Origin: Eledone cirrhosa
Taxonomy: Eukaryota
Reading direction: 5' to 3'
Assembly (NCBI GenBank): GCA_964016885.1
Contig: OZ024742.1
Coordinates: forward strand, 341,496,001 to 341,560,000
Length of the DNA stretch: 64,000 nt
Shown: positions 12,019-24,748 of the stretch, in pieces
Numbering within the stretch: the first letter of the stretch is position 1
Layout of the letters: the number at the start of each line of letters is the position of its first letter
The notes under the pieces: generated by a model
The model's database searches: none
What the model saw: only the letters and a program-made list of their open reading frames with translations
Told to the model about the DNA's origin: nothing
Program-made: the position numbers and the translations under genes

Positions 12019-12845
12019 CTAATGGCTCTGATTGGCGTTTTCCGAACTCCTATAGTTACAAGGCGCCCGACAGCGCTGCGCCCGACTGCCAAAGTTAACA
12101 TGATACCAACAAATCGAAGAATTACTGCTGCCTGAAGTGTAGTGTTGGCGAGGAACAGAAGACGGTGGCGAACGGTACTCGTAGCGGTTTCGAGGAATAG
12201 CAGACGGAGGCGAACAGTACCTCAAACCTTGAGGAGGCTCTCTATGTTGTACGGTCAAATCCTCCACTTTTTTGGTGAGCGCTTCGATCATCTCCAACAG
12301 TTTGCTGTCGGCTACAGAAGAATTGCGTGGGGGAACAGAAGAAGAAGCCACACAAGGATTATGCCGACTGCTGTTAGAGTCCACCTCTAGTATTCTATCC
12401 GCGGATGCGGCAAGTTTATCTAACGATTCCCTCTCCAAATTGTTGACCAAGACCATTTGCGCACTTGGCGGTAAACGAGAGAAAAAGAGCTGTTTGAGGA
12501 ATGGGATGTCCATCCTCTGGGAGTCGCTCAACTCCCGCAGATGTCGCAAATAGGAGCTTCGCGTCCTGTCACCCATATCGCATCATCTAACAATTCCCGA
12601 AAATGACTTTCCGCTGACTTGGTATTCCTCCGAATAATTTCCCCTTTCAACGAGCCATAAGTAACGTCTGCTGCTAAATTGGTTATCACGTCCTTCACGG
12701 AATATGCCAGCGACACAGGCAAATCACTAACTAGTACCTTCAGTTTATGCTGTCCTTTGGTTTTGGTTAAATCAAAATAGCATTCAAGCTGCAAAAACCA
12801 TAATTTGATGTCGCCTGCGAAGGACGGCAAATGATGTGGATTCAT
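12019..12845 (-). pseudogene. Retrotransposon gag, frameshifted
   Basis: N-terminal LPSF...LWFLQLECYF, then GDRTRSSYLRHLREL, then C-terminal CWYHVNFGSRAQRCRAPC (C-X2-H-X9-C-X3-C). Split across ORFs 12528-12845 and 12019-12576. Confidence 0.85.
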
Positions 12846-13170
12846 GATTGCCGAAGAATCTCCCAGGACGAACTATGTCTTTGAAGCAGCCACTCGACCA
12901 AAAGGCCACACTGGAATCCAAAATCTTATTCACGCGAATTCAACTGAAATTCTTTTTGAAAATTCTCGCCGGCCAAAATAAAATTTGCATAATAAAAAAT
13001 ATTATTTTCCATGAAAATTATTTGGTAAGAAAATCCCAAGATGGCTGATTGAAAAATGTGTTTGTGATGAAGAAGGCGTCATGTGGCACGATGCAGCCAA
13101 TCAGATGGCTGGGATTGAAGAAGACAAGCTGTACGCGGGAAAACTATGCTTGTAAGGCAAGTTGTTCTTA

Positions 13171-13183
13171 GTCGGGGTCACCA
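13171..13183 (-). promoter_or_regulatory. Primer-binding site complementary to the tRNA-Trp 3' end
   Basis: Minus strand TGGTGACCCCGAC lies immediately inside the LTR end. Eukaryotic tRNA-Trp ends GTCGGGGTCACCA. Confidence 0.85.
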
Positions 13184-13184
13184 A

Positions 13185-13714
13185 TTTAGGGAGTTGGTCA
13201 CAGGGTTATTTACTTTGGTAAACGCCACTGCAGGCCAACCACTAATTAAATTCGATACAGATATAATAAGGTGAACAAACTTACTCGTGAGTGAACTGAC
13301 CGAGAGCCGGTCGCCAAATAAGCAGCATGGTAAATTAAATGTTATTGAGACACGAGTAACATAATAATGATTTCAACAACAGAAATTAGAGATGAAATGT
13401 ATGTTTATTTTTGTTGTAGCTCAAATAATGTTGGTTAACTTGTATGGTTGAAATTACACATAAAAATGAGGTTACAAAAGGGAATGTGTCATTGCGCCGG
13501 AAAGTCGGCAGGTTAAGGTGCAAAATCTCACCGTCACATGTACGTGTTGCTGGTTCGAAGTTCCTGGTGCGAGAGAGATTCTTCAAATCTTCGCGGATAA
13601 GTTCTCCCTCAGGACGCGTAGGGATACATCCTCCTCTACTGGCGCTGATTGGCTGAGCTGAGCCAAATCACGCACAGAGAATGTATGTGAGCCCGCGGAA
13701 TGTAGGTCACTACA
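13185..13714 (-). repeat. 5' LTR of the gypsy element (~530 bp)
   Basis: Minus strand begins TGTAG at 13714 and ends CTAAA (one mismatch from CTACA) next to the PBS. There is an AATAAA near 13405. Confidence 0.7.
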
Positions 13715-13993
13715 TATATATATATATATGTGTATGCGTATGTATGTGTATATGTATATATATATATGTGTGTGTGTATATGTGTATATATGTATATGTG
13801 TGTGTATGTATGTGTATATATATATACATATATATATAGGAAAAAGTATGACCCCGACGGCAGAGCTCAAGCCGTATCGACGGCTATTTATATATATATA
13901 TTTGTGTATGTATATATATGTGCATCTGTGTATGTGTGCATATGTGTGTATATATGCGTGTGTGTATGTGTATATATATATATATATATATAT

Positions 13994-14443
13994 GGGATAA
14001 CAAGTTATCGTTTTAGGTAATGCAGTTAGAGGTTGTGAGTACTCTGTATTATGGATAGTTTTAACGTACGGCGTTGTTTGACTATAAAAGAGAATTCCAT
14101 GCAGGTCATTCTTGGAGTAATAGTAGTGAAAGAGTGAAGAATAACATGGCCGGCCGAACAAGAAGGGTTTTATTTATAGTATTAACAATTTTTTCATTGA
14201 TCAGGTGAGTCGAAAGGCCGCTGATCACTCGAAGTTGCGTCACTCGACCTTAAATACAGTGTGTGTTTCTGATCAAATCATACCAATGATTTGATCAGAA
14301 ACACACACTGTATTTAAGGTCGAGTGACGCAACTTCGGGTGATCAGCGGCCTTTCGACTCACCTGATCAATGAAAAAATTGTTAATACTATAAATAAAAC
14401 CCTTCTTGTTCGGCCGGCCATGTTATTCTTCACTCTTTCACTA
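13994..14443. repeat. Fold-back element D: ~158-bp near-perfect inverted arms plus a left-side tail
   Basis: 14124-14281 is the reverse complement of 14286-14443 with a 4-nt loop (ACCA). About 130 bp of unpaired sequence lies at 13994-14123, and (TA)n flanks both sides. Confidence 0.9.
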
Positions 14444-14603
14444 TATATATATATATATTGAGTATATGTTGGTTGTTTACCGACACCTAAGTATGCAGAT
14501 TGGAGCACTCGACGAAGTGCGTAGGTTGGTTTGGTTACTCCGGAGTAATGTAAGATAAACTAAAATAAATAAGTCAAATATTTAAAATTTGGCTTCGTTT
14601 ATT

Positions 14604-14658
14604 ACTGCTATATATATTTCGGTGACAGCCATCTTTGGCTGTGACCTCTTCAGGCAGT
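14604..14658 (-). ncRNA. Type I hammerhead ribozyme motif (family A), intact
   Basis: Minus strand reads ACTGC-CTGAAGA-GGTCACAGCC AAAGAT GGCTGTCACC-GAAA-TATATAT-A-GCAGT. Confidence 0.85.
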
Positions 14659-15001
14659 CCGAATTAGTGTGGTAGAGACGAGTACACATGTTGTTGAGGT
14701 GTTTAACTTTGTCAATACTTTGATATGCCCAGTTCCTGGTTGGGTTGTTGTTTCATTGAGGAACTGGAATCATATGAATTTAAACAAACGAATTTCAGCG
14801 TCAAAGGACATCCTCTCCTCCCATTGGTCAGTTGTGAGATGCTGAAATTCGTTTGTTTAAATTCATATGATTCCAGTTAAATTCATATGATTCCAGTTCC
14901 TCATAGAAACAACCACCCAATCAGGAACTGGGCATATCAGAGTATTGACAAAGTTAAACACCTCAACAACATGTGTACTCGTCTCTACCTCACTAATTCG
15001 G

Positions 15002-15056
15002 ACTGCCTGAAGAGGTCACAGCCAAAGATCGCTGTCACCGAAATATATATAGCAGT
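15002..15056 (+). ncRNA. Type I hammerhead ribozyme motif (family A), intact
   Basis: Reads ACTGC-CTGAAGA-GGTCACAGC..GCTGTCACC-GAAA-TATATAT-A-GCAGT. Confidence 0.85.
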
Positions 15057-15093
15057 AATAAACGAAGCCCAATTTTGACTTATTTATTTTAAT

Positions 15094-15155
<62 letters not shown>

Positions 15156-15159
<4 letters not shown>

Positions 15160-15215
15160 ATAATAATAAATTTGAAGACTAAAATCCAAAGAGGGCTCGA
15201 TAAGTATAAATATAT
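15156..15215 (-). mobile_element. Short 3'-terminal fragment of the second Penelope-like family
   Basis: Reverse complement of ~28643-28701 and abuts (TA)n. Confidence 0.75.
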
Positions 15216-15229
15216 GTAAGTGAAATGTA

Positions 15230-16149
<920 letters not shown>

Positions 16150-16487
16150 TTATAAAAGATAAAAATGCGAACCTAAAAGACCTTCCATCAGATCTCACAT
16201 TGAATGTGTCAACAATATGAACAGATTTAATCTTCATCTGCTGATCTCCATAGTTTCTTGGCTAAATAGAAGAAAGTGATCAATAAAATATATTAGTAAT
16301 TTCCTTATAACGACTCAATTTATCTGACAATATGATCTCTAATTCGATTCTCATCGATTTTTGTTCAGGTTTGTTTAATAAGATTTGTAATATTTGGTTG
16401 ATTTTATTTGGCTTTGCTTTTTATTTTATTTTCCTGTGTATATATATCTGTATATGTTTATTTCTTGAGATGAATATTATATATATA

Positions 16488-16960
16488 CTAGCAGTGTATC
16501 CCGTCGCTGCACGGGTAAGAAAATTGGTAATAGTACCTCCAATGAGAAACGTTTATTTGTGACTGCCTGTTAAAAACTTACGAAAATATACCGACAGGAA
16601 ACTTGTTTTATTTGGAGAAAATTAAGAAGTTGAAAGTACAGTTTAGCTGTCTACGTGCATTGTTCATAGAAATATTGTTGACCCCCTTCTTTTCATACTC
16701 CTCTGTGTTGGCCTTTTGGAGTAAATGTGAAAGAGAAAGTCACAGGTTAAGTTGGCAGAAGGTTCCAGTGTCATAGCAGTAAGGCGTAGGCTACTTACCT
16801 CAAAAGTTCATTCGCATCTTTCCACTAAGTTACTCTTTCTCTCTACCCCTCTCGGTGCAGTCCCTTGCGAATTTCTCGCGTAAGCCTGGTGTAGATTTGC
16901 ACCCGATCCATCTACCCGATGCACATGTCCGCTTTGTACGGCTTTTGGAGGAAGGAGTAC
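16488..16960 (-). mobile_element. Possible non-autonomous Helitron-like element; only the CTAG/hairpin end is supported
   Basis: Minus strand ends CCCGTGCAGCGACGGG-ATACACTG-CTAG|T, which is a GC hairpin about 10 nt before a terminal CTAG. The far boundary is uncertain. Confidence 0.45.
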
Positions 16961-17062
16961 GGTTCTTCTATATTTGATATATATTTATCCTTATCGTGCC
17001 TTCTTTGGATTTTAGTCTTCAAATTTATTATTATTACTATATATATATATATATACTGTGTG

Positions 17063-17138
<76 letters not shown>

Positions 17139-17209
17139 GATACATATATATATGTGTGTGTGTATGTATGCATATATATATATATATGTGTGTGTGTGTG
17201 TATGTATGT

Positions 17210-17255
<46 letters not shown>

Positions 17256-17329
17256 ATATATACATATATATTTTATGTGTATATTTATATATATGTATCT
17301 GTGTATATATATGTGTGTGTGTATGTGTT

Positions 17330-17364
<35 letters not shown>

Positions 17365-17504
17365 ATAATAATAAATTTGAAGACTAAAATCCAAAGAGGG
17401 CTCAATAAGGATAAATATTTATCAAATATATAAGAGAGGAAATATTTATTAAAATAACAGATTAAAGTTTAAGCAAAGAATTCTTTGCTTAAACTTTAAT
17501 CTGT

Positions 17505-17510
<6 letters not shown>
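16961..17510. mobile_element. Two tail-to-tail 3'-end fragments of the second Penelope-like family around a microsatellite, plus a 60-bp perfect palindrome
   Basis: 16961-17040 (+) and 17361-17480 (-) match 28575-28701. 17451-17510 is a perfect palindrome centred on GAATTC. Confidence 0.8.
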
Positions 17511-17565
<55 letters not shown>

Positions 17566-17695
17566 AAAGTTCTATTTAAATTGTTGGGATACAACAAGTA
17601 AATATTTTTATAACTGATATAAAGCACTCGACAAGTATTTGGTGGAGTAGATATACGATATTAACAAATGGAAACTATATTTATAAAACCATATT

Positions 17696-17760
17696 TATTT
17701 CATTATACGTATTTCAAGGATACCAAGTTAAATTATGGTATGCCTTCATCAGACAAAATA
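17696..17760 (-). ncRNA. Type I hammerhead ribozyme motif (family B)
   Basis: Minus strand reads TATTTTGT-CTGATGA-stem II-GAAA-TACGTAT-A-ATGAAATA. Stem III is the palindrome ATACGTAT. Confidence 0.78.
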
Positions 17761-18021
17761 CAATATATATCAGTTTTACAAATAAGCATTGACGTACCCT
17801 TTTAAAATGCGACCATTACTTTTGGAGGACATCAGGATAGTGGTTTGTTTATATTATTTAGTAAGTCGTAGTGTTAAGGATAAGTAAAAAGACGGAGAGA
17901 GAGAGAAACACTACGACTTACTAAATAATATAAACAAACCACTATCCTGATGTCCTCCAAAAGTAATGATCGCATTTTAAAAGGGTACGTCAATGCTTAT
18001 TTGTAAAACTGATATATATTG

Positions 18022-18086
18022 TATTTTGTCTGATGAAGGCATACCATAATTTAACTTGGTATCCTTGAAATATGTATAATGAAATA
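18022..18086 (+). ncRNA. Type I hammerhead ribozyme motif (family B)
   Basis: Reads TATTTTGT-CTGATGA-AGGCATACCA..TGGTATCCTT-GAAA-TATGTAT-A-ATGAAATA. Confidence 0.75.
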
Positions 18087-18125
18087 AATATGGTATTATA
18101 AATATAGTTTCCATTTGTTAATATC

Positions 18126-18205
<80 letters not shown>

Positions 18206-18292
18206 ATGTGTATATATGTGTGTGTATATGTATATATGTGTATATATATATATGTATATATAAGTATATATGTATATATGTGTGTGTGTGGT

Positions 18293-18730
18293 GAATGTAG
18301 CGAAGATAATACGTCAGCAAAGACGTGTTCGTCAGAATGTCGTTATGCAGACAGCCAGACATTCAGACAGATATTATAAGGGCTCGACGGAGATCGATAA
18401 CCGGCGCCTAACACCCCTTTAACAACAGAGAATTGAAAAATAAAAGCTTCAGTTAGTATCTTTAGACCGCAAGGAATATATAAATGCAAGTTTGGAGTCA
18501 ATAGTACGTTGTTCGGTATTATTACGAAAAGGTGTAGCAGAGAATCACGCGTGAACTAACAGCTCGGGAAGAAAACTGCTTACCTCGAAGATTCATTCGC
18601 TATCGTTCTTGTCAACGCTCCGTTTAGTTGGTTTTTGTTGGTCTACAGTTAGATGAATGGCGCACAAAGGGTTAATGTTTATTGGCAAGAAGTTTTTTGA
18701 ATAATAAAAGACGGGTTAAAGCGACCTACA
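18293..18730 (+). repeat. Dispersed repeat, possible solo LTR
   Basis: 18293-18502 is repeated at 28960-29170. Candidate ends are TGTAG (18296) and CTACA (18730), with an internal TATAA then AATAAA. No clear target-site duplication. Confidence 0.5.
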
Positions 18731-18741
18731 ATGTATTTGTG

Positions 18742-18825
<84 letters not shown>

Positions 18826-18828
<3 letters not shown>

Positions 18829-21800
18829 AGTATATATTGGTTGTATACCAACACCTCAGTATGCAGATTGGAGCACTCGACGAAGTGCGCAGGTTGGTTT
18901 GGTTACTCCGGAGTAATGTAAAATAAAATAAATAAATAAGTCAAATGTTTAAAATTTAGCTTCGTTTATTCAGTGACAGCCATCTTTGGCTGTGACCTCT
19001 TCAGGCAGCCCGAATTAGTGTGGTATAGACAAGTACATATGTTTTTGAGGTGTATAACTTTGTCAATACTCTGATATGTCCAGTTCCTGGTTGGGTTGTT
19101 ATTTCACTGAGGAACTGGAATCATATGAATTCAAACAAACGAATTTCAGTGTCAAAGGGCCTCTTCTCCTCTCATTGGTCAGTTGTTAGAACATTCCTCA
19201 TTCAAAAGTCTATAGAAATTCGTTATGAGGCAAGTCAATCTGTAGTTGTTGTTCTTGTTATTGTTAGGTACATCTGACCTCTATTCTTCTGTTGGTAGTG
19301 TTGTTATTGATCTGACCTCTACCCTTATTTTGGTAGTGTTGTTGGTGTTGTGGTCAGTTTATGTCTTGCTGCTGCTGACAATTTAGAAGTATCTGTGTGT
19401 GTGTGCTATAACCAATCTCAAGGTCAGAAATATGTTGGATAGATTGGTGAGGGGCAAGACGGTAAAAGAATAAGATAGTCAAATAAAATGTGTTTGTGTT
19501 ATAACCGATCTCAACTTAAAAATAAATATAAGGTGATAAAGTGATGAGAACAGAAAAAAAATAACAAATTAATAATGAGAAATCAAAATTGAAAAATTGA
19601 AAAATCAAAAATCAAGTAAATTAAAATGTGTGTGCTATAAAGATGTTGGCCAAATTATAATGGCTGTGTCAGAATCAATCTCTAGGCTATCATGGTGTCT
19701 GCTCAACCTGGGTTGGTCCCTATGGCTTGAGGGGAGTTCTCAACCTAGGGGGTTGTTATTGCCCATATTTCTTGAGCGAGGTCTGGCCGAAAGGTGTCTA
19801 CATGTTCTGGAGAAGTCCCTATAGCTTGAGGGGAGATCACATCTTCTTGTGTTGCTACTGTCTATATATCTTGAGGAAGGTCCCGGCCCTGAGGTGTCTG
19901 CATGTCCCGAAGAAGTCGGTTCTGAGGTTTATCAGGCCGCTTCCACCTCTTAGTATCTCGAGGGTCTCGTTCAGGCATAGTTTGCATATGCAAGATCCCC
20001 CTTTATCGGGTGGTACTTTCCTGATTATGTACCAGGCCAGAGAGTACGGGGTCCTGTCCAGCTTAAGCTTCCAGATCAGGTCGGAGAGAGCCGTACTTTT
20101 CCTTTTGGCCTCCTTATTGAAGGAATGGCGATGGTTGTACCAGCGGTCTTTAAAGCTCGTTGATGTGGTTCCTATGTAGAGGTGTTCGGAGTTGGGGCTT
20201 TTAACCCTACAACCGTATACTAGGTTCTTCTTAAGGCATTCATTATCAAGGGGGCATGATTCGGGGTTTCTGCAGTTGCAGAGGGTGGTCGACCTCTGCG
20301 TGCCTAGATTGGGGTTCCCGTTAGGTGTTACATGATGGTCTCCCCCAGGCACGGTGGGGGTCCCCGGGTCTGTTTGGGTTTCTTGGGTGGGCACTGGGTC
20401 CCCCCTTCCCTCCTTTCACATGGTTCTGCTGAGTGCTTGTATTGCTATCTTCTGGTTGTGTGTGGTTTTTAAGCCTACGCCTGTTGATGCTAGCTATGTG
20501 TTGGGCCAGATTTCTCGTGGTGGAATACGAGAGCTTCACAGTGTGTCTGTTGAAGATCCTGTGATATATATGGTCCCTCGGGAAGCATTTATCAAGTGCT
20601 CCAAAGAATGATCGGGCCAAGCTGTTCTTTAAGGCCGCTGAGTAGGGTGGATTGTACCACGTGATTTTTCTGTGTCTCCTCCTATATGTGTGGGTCGGGG
20701 GCGTCGTGAGTTGTTGGAGAACTGTTGGGTTGCTGGTGGTTCCCGCACTGTTGCTTCCCATTTGGGCGCTATGCGTTTTGCTATCTTCACGGCCCGAATC
20801 TGTGGGGTGGTCGTTGCCTACGCTGGGGGATCTATCGTGGGGTGGTCCCCCGTTCCCCCTCCCCCTCCACGTGTCCTGCGGTTGGGGTCGTCGGTCCTGA
20901 GGTGGTTAGCGTCACCCCTGAGACTGCTACTCATATTGGGTTTCATCTCATGGTTAAGCGTACTAGTCACCTACGCCCGTGTGGTGGTGTCGGGCTGATA
21001 GTGCCTATTTGTTTCTGTTCTTCCTGTATTGTTAGGGTTCCCCCCCCCCCGGGCAACGCGGGTGTGGGTGTCCGTTGGGCGATCCCCATCCCGGCGTTTC
21101 GGACTATATGTTATATTTTGGCTATGTGCCGCCTTATTTAGCGCTGCGTTGTAATATTCCGAGTTGTTATCGAATAATTCTTTACTTGCTGACAGGCTGG
21201 AGATCCTGTCCGAGACACTCTTCACCACTGCCTTGGTTATGGATCTAGGGTGGTTTGACTTGGCGTTAACATACACGAGTTTCTCGTTGGGCTTGTGGTA
21301 GGGGTAGTATTGTTCGGTGATCAGGTTTAGGGTGGTGTCTAGGGAGTTTACTACCTTCCTATTTGGGTCTAGTTCTATACTGAGCCCCTGGTTCTTAAGG
21401 AAATGGCGAATACGCCTCCTCATTCCCTCCAACATATTGGTGCTGTGGTCATATACTGTGAATAGAGCATCGTCACGATATAATCCGCCGCCCAGGCAGG
21501 GGATTTCATCTTTTATCTGCTTCAGCAGGAAGAGCCCAACCAGGTCCGTTACCTGTGCTGAGTCGCTGGAGCCCATCGTGATGTCAAAGTTATTTGGCCA
21601 ATCACTCCTGGTCCAAAGGTCTCCATCGAAACGGATTAAGGTCTTTCTTGCGGCGTGGATGATACTCACCTCCTCTCGGGTTAGGTCCGTATTGGACATC
21701 GCTAAAAATAGGGCCTTATTGAGTACTATGGGTGAGATTGAGGATTAGTAGCTTTCGATATCCAGTTGTATAAAGCTGGTCTTACTTTTCTCATGTAGTA

Positions 21801-22604
21801 TCTTAAACCATTCTATTACTTCTCCCGTGCATGACCATTGCTGTAATTTAGTTTTCTTCCGAAGCTTGGGCAAAATCCTTTCAAGTATTCTTTTACTGAC
21901 GATCCCTAGGTCAGATCTGGAGGGGGCTATTAGTCTGACAGGGAGGTCGGACTCAAAGTTTGGCTTGTGATCTTTAAGGGTAATCCGCAGCTCCCTTGGT
22001 TGGTATAGGGCCGTCCTGTCCTCTATGCCGAGTCTAGATATAATCCTGTAAACTGTGGCATTGATCTCATCCAGGGTAAATCCAGGTGTTTTTTTTGTAG
22101 CACTTCCTCAGTTCCCTGAGAATTATCTTATTATACAGTTCAAAGTTCATGTTGTAGAGGTTGTTGGTTTTGTCAGCATGGACAAGTATTCCAGTTGACT
22201 CTTTAAGTACTGTAATCCGGTTTCTCAGGTGTCTGAGGTACTCCTGACTTCTGGTTGGGTTTCCGGAGAATTTGAGGTTGGATATGATGTTTATCATCTC
22301 GTTTTCAAACTCCTCCATTAATCTGTTGTGGGGGGATTCCTCCTTGATCGAAAAAGGTACTCTATGTTTTGTGTGTTGGTAATTTTTTGCGTTCCTCTTT
22401 CGAAGTGGAACGCCTTCCATCTCATCCTATGGACGAGGGAGTCCGTACTCTTGATGAGATCACTGGTGTATTCTCGTTTGTCAGGTAGGGGGATGTCCCT
22501 CAGTGACGCTAAGGTTGCCAGTTTTTCCATAGTGACTTAAGTTCGCTACTGTTTGAAGCGCTCAACCCGTGGGGTAGCTAGGTAAACAACCAACATATAC
22601 TCAA
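18826..22604 (-). mobile_element. Apparently full-length Penelope-like element 1, decayed
   Basis: A single ancestral ORF encodes RT then GIY-YIG endonuclease. The 3' UTR has a partly deleted hammerhead (18971-19008) and the ends carry 24-bp inverted termini. Confidence 0.92.
19855..22530 (-). pseudogene. Penelope-like RT + GIY-YIG polyprotein, frameshifted
   Basis: Motifs in order: SLRDIPLP, RMRWKAF, ADKTNNLY, TLKDHKPNF, FDITMGSSDSA, GGGLYRDD, WYNPPY, CNCRNPESCPLDNECL, LVY...YIG...FKDRWYNH and CKLCLNE. Confidence 0.9.
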
Positions 22605-23096
22605 AATCTACCTAGCTCCCCCACGGGTTGAGCGCTTCAATAGATCCACCTCACGATATATCTCCCAGCGTAGGTAACGACCACCCCACAGATTCGGGCC
22701 GTGAAGATAGCAAAACGCATAGCGCCCAAATGGGAAGCAACAGTGCGGGAACCACCAGCAACCCAACAATTCTCCAACAACTCAAGACGCCCCCGACCCA
22801 CACATATAGGAGGAGACACAGAAAAATCACGTGGTACAACCCACCCTACTTAGCGGCCTTAAAGAACAGCTTGGCCCGACCATTCTTTGGAGCACTTGAT
22901 AAATGCTTCCCGAGGAACCATATATACCACAGGATCTTCAACAGACACACTGTGAAGCTCTCGTATTCCACCACGAGAAATCTGGCCCAACACATAGCTA
23001 GCATCAACAGGCGTAGGCTTAAAAACCACACACAACCAGAAGATAGCAATACAAGCACTCAGCAGAACCATGTGAAAGGAGGGAAGGGGGGACCCA

Positions 23097-23636
23097 GTGC
23101 CCACCCAAGAAACCCAAACAGACCCGGGGACCCCCACCGTGCCTGGGGGAGACCATCATGTAACACCTAACGGGAACCCCAATCTAGGCACGCAGAGGTC
23201 GACCACCCTCTGCAACTGCAGAAACCCCGAATCATGCCCCCTTGATAATGAATGCCTTAAGAAGAACCTAGTATACGGTTGTAGGGTTAAAAGCCCCAAC
23301 TCCGAACACCTCTACATAGGAACCACATCAACGAGCTTTAAAGACCGCTGGTACAACCATCGCCATTCCTTCAATAAGGAGGCCAAAATGAAAAGCACGG
23401 CTCTCTCCGACCTGATCTGGAAGCTTAAGCTGGACAGGACCCCGCACTCTCTGGCCTGGTACATAATCAGGAAAGTACCACCTGATAAAGGGGGATCTTG
23501 CATATGCAAACTATGCCTGAACGAGACCCTCGAGATACTAAGAGGTGGAAGCGGCCTGATAAACCTCAGAACCGACTTCTTCGGGACATGCAAACACCTC
23601 AGGGCCGGGACCTTCCTCAAGATATATGGACAGTAG
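23097..23636 (+). pseudogene. GIY-YIG endonuclease domain of the inverted partial copy
   Basis: 179-aa ORF nearly identical to 19855-20394, with no RT upstream. Confidence 0.85.
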
Positions 23637-24272
23637 CAACACAAGAAGATGTGAACACCCCTCAAGATATAGGGACTTCTCCAGAACATGTAGACACCTC
23701 TCGGCCAGACCTCCCTCAAGCTATATGGGCAATAACAACACCCTAGGTTGAGAACTCCCCTCAAGCCATAGGGTCCAACCCAGGCTGAGCAGACACCATG
23801 ATAGCCTAGAGATTGATTCTGACACAGCCATTATAATTTGGCCAACATCTTTATAACACACACATTTTAATTTACTTGATTTTTGATTTTTCAATTTTTC
23901 AATTTTGATTTCTCATTATTAATTTGTTATTTGTTTTCTGTTCTCTTCACTTTATCACCTTATATTTATTTTTAAGTTGAGATTGGTTATAACACAAACA
24001 CATTTTATTTGACTATCTTATTCTTGTACCGTCTTGTCCCTCATACCAATCTATCCAACATATTTCTGACCTTGAGATTGGTTATAGCACACACACACTT
24101 TATCTTACTTTATTTGAATCTTCATTTTATTTTTCACTTCTCCATATTCATTTTCATTACTTTTTTATTACCTTTTCATTATTTTTTCATTTATTCTTTA
24201 TTCTCTATTTATTATTTATTTTCAGTTTTCTTCATTTTATTGCCTTATATTTCTTCATATACATGAAATAAC

Positions 24273-24303
<31 letters not shown>

Positions 24304-24748
24304 CACTACCACCACCACCACCACCACCACCACCTCCACCACGGGAGATGGTGGCAAGAGGGATGAAGAAACACACACACAGATACTTCTAAATTGTCAG
24401 CAGCAGCAAGACATAAGGTAACCACAACACCAACAACACTAACAAAATAAGGGTAGAGGTCAGATGTACTTAACAATAGCAAACACAAACACTACAGGGA
24501 GCCTCAACCCAGAAAGAATTTCTATAGACTTTGGACTGAGGAATGCTCTCAAAACTGACCATGGGAAGTTTGACATTTTTTTTATTTTGTTCCTTTACCA
24601 TCTTATTCCTTCTACCACGTTATCAAAATTCATATGATTCCAGTTCCTCAGTGAAATAACAACCCAACCAGGAACTGAGCATATCAGAGTATTGACAAAG
24701 TTATACACCTCAACAACATATGTACTTGTCTATACCACACTAATTCGG

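Larger units (their letters stand above)
11420..13714 (-). mobile_element. Ty3/gypsy LTR retrotransposon, CsRn1-like, truncated at the start of RT
   Basis: Order is 5' LTR, PBS, gag with CHCC motif, aspartic protease, then the pre-RT segment HFISTTGPPVFSRPRRLSAEKL, followed by an abrupt end. Confidence 0.88.
14458..15100. mobile_element. Fold-back element A: palindromic non-autonomous derivative of the Penelope-like 3' end
   Basis: Arms ~14562-14802 and ~14848-15090 are inverted. The sequence matches 18826-19190 and 24627-24850, with a left tail at 14458-14560 and (TA)n flanks. Confidence 0.88.
17563..18128. mobile_element. Fold-back element B with a hammerhead in each arm
   Basis: Arms 17653-17875 and 17907-18128 are inverted with a ~31-bp spacer. 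The left tail is 17563-17652 and (TA)n flanks both sides. Confidence 0.9.

Noticed and set aside
18971-19008. Hammerhead in the minus-strand PLE 1 3' UTR
   Set aside because: A deletion of about 20 bp removes stem III, the cleavage site and the 3' strand of stem I, so this copy is non-functional.
24632-24685. ATGA-led hairpin in the PLE 1 3' UTR as a possible SECIS (some Naiad PLEs are reported to encode selenocysteine)
   Set aside because: It pairs as an ordinary Watson-Crick hairpin without a clear GA/GA quartet, and I found no in-frame TGA at conserved Cys positions in either PLE.
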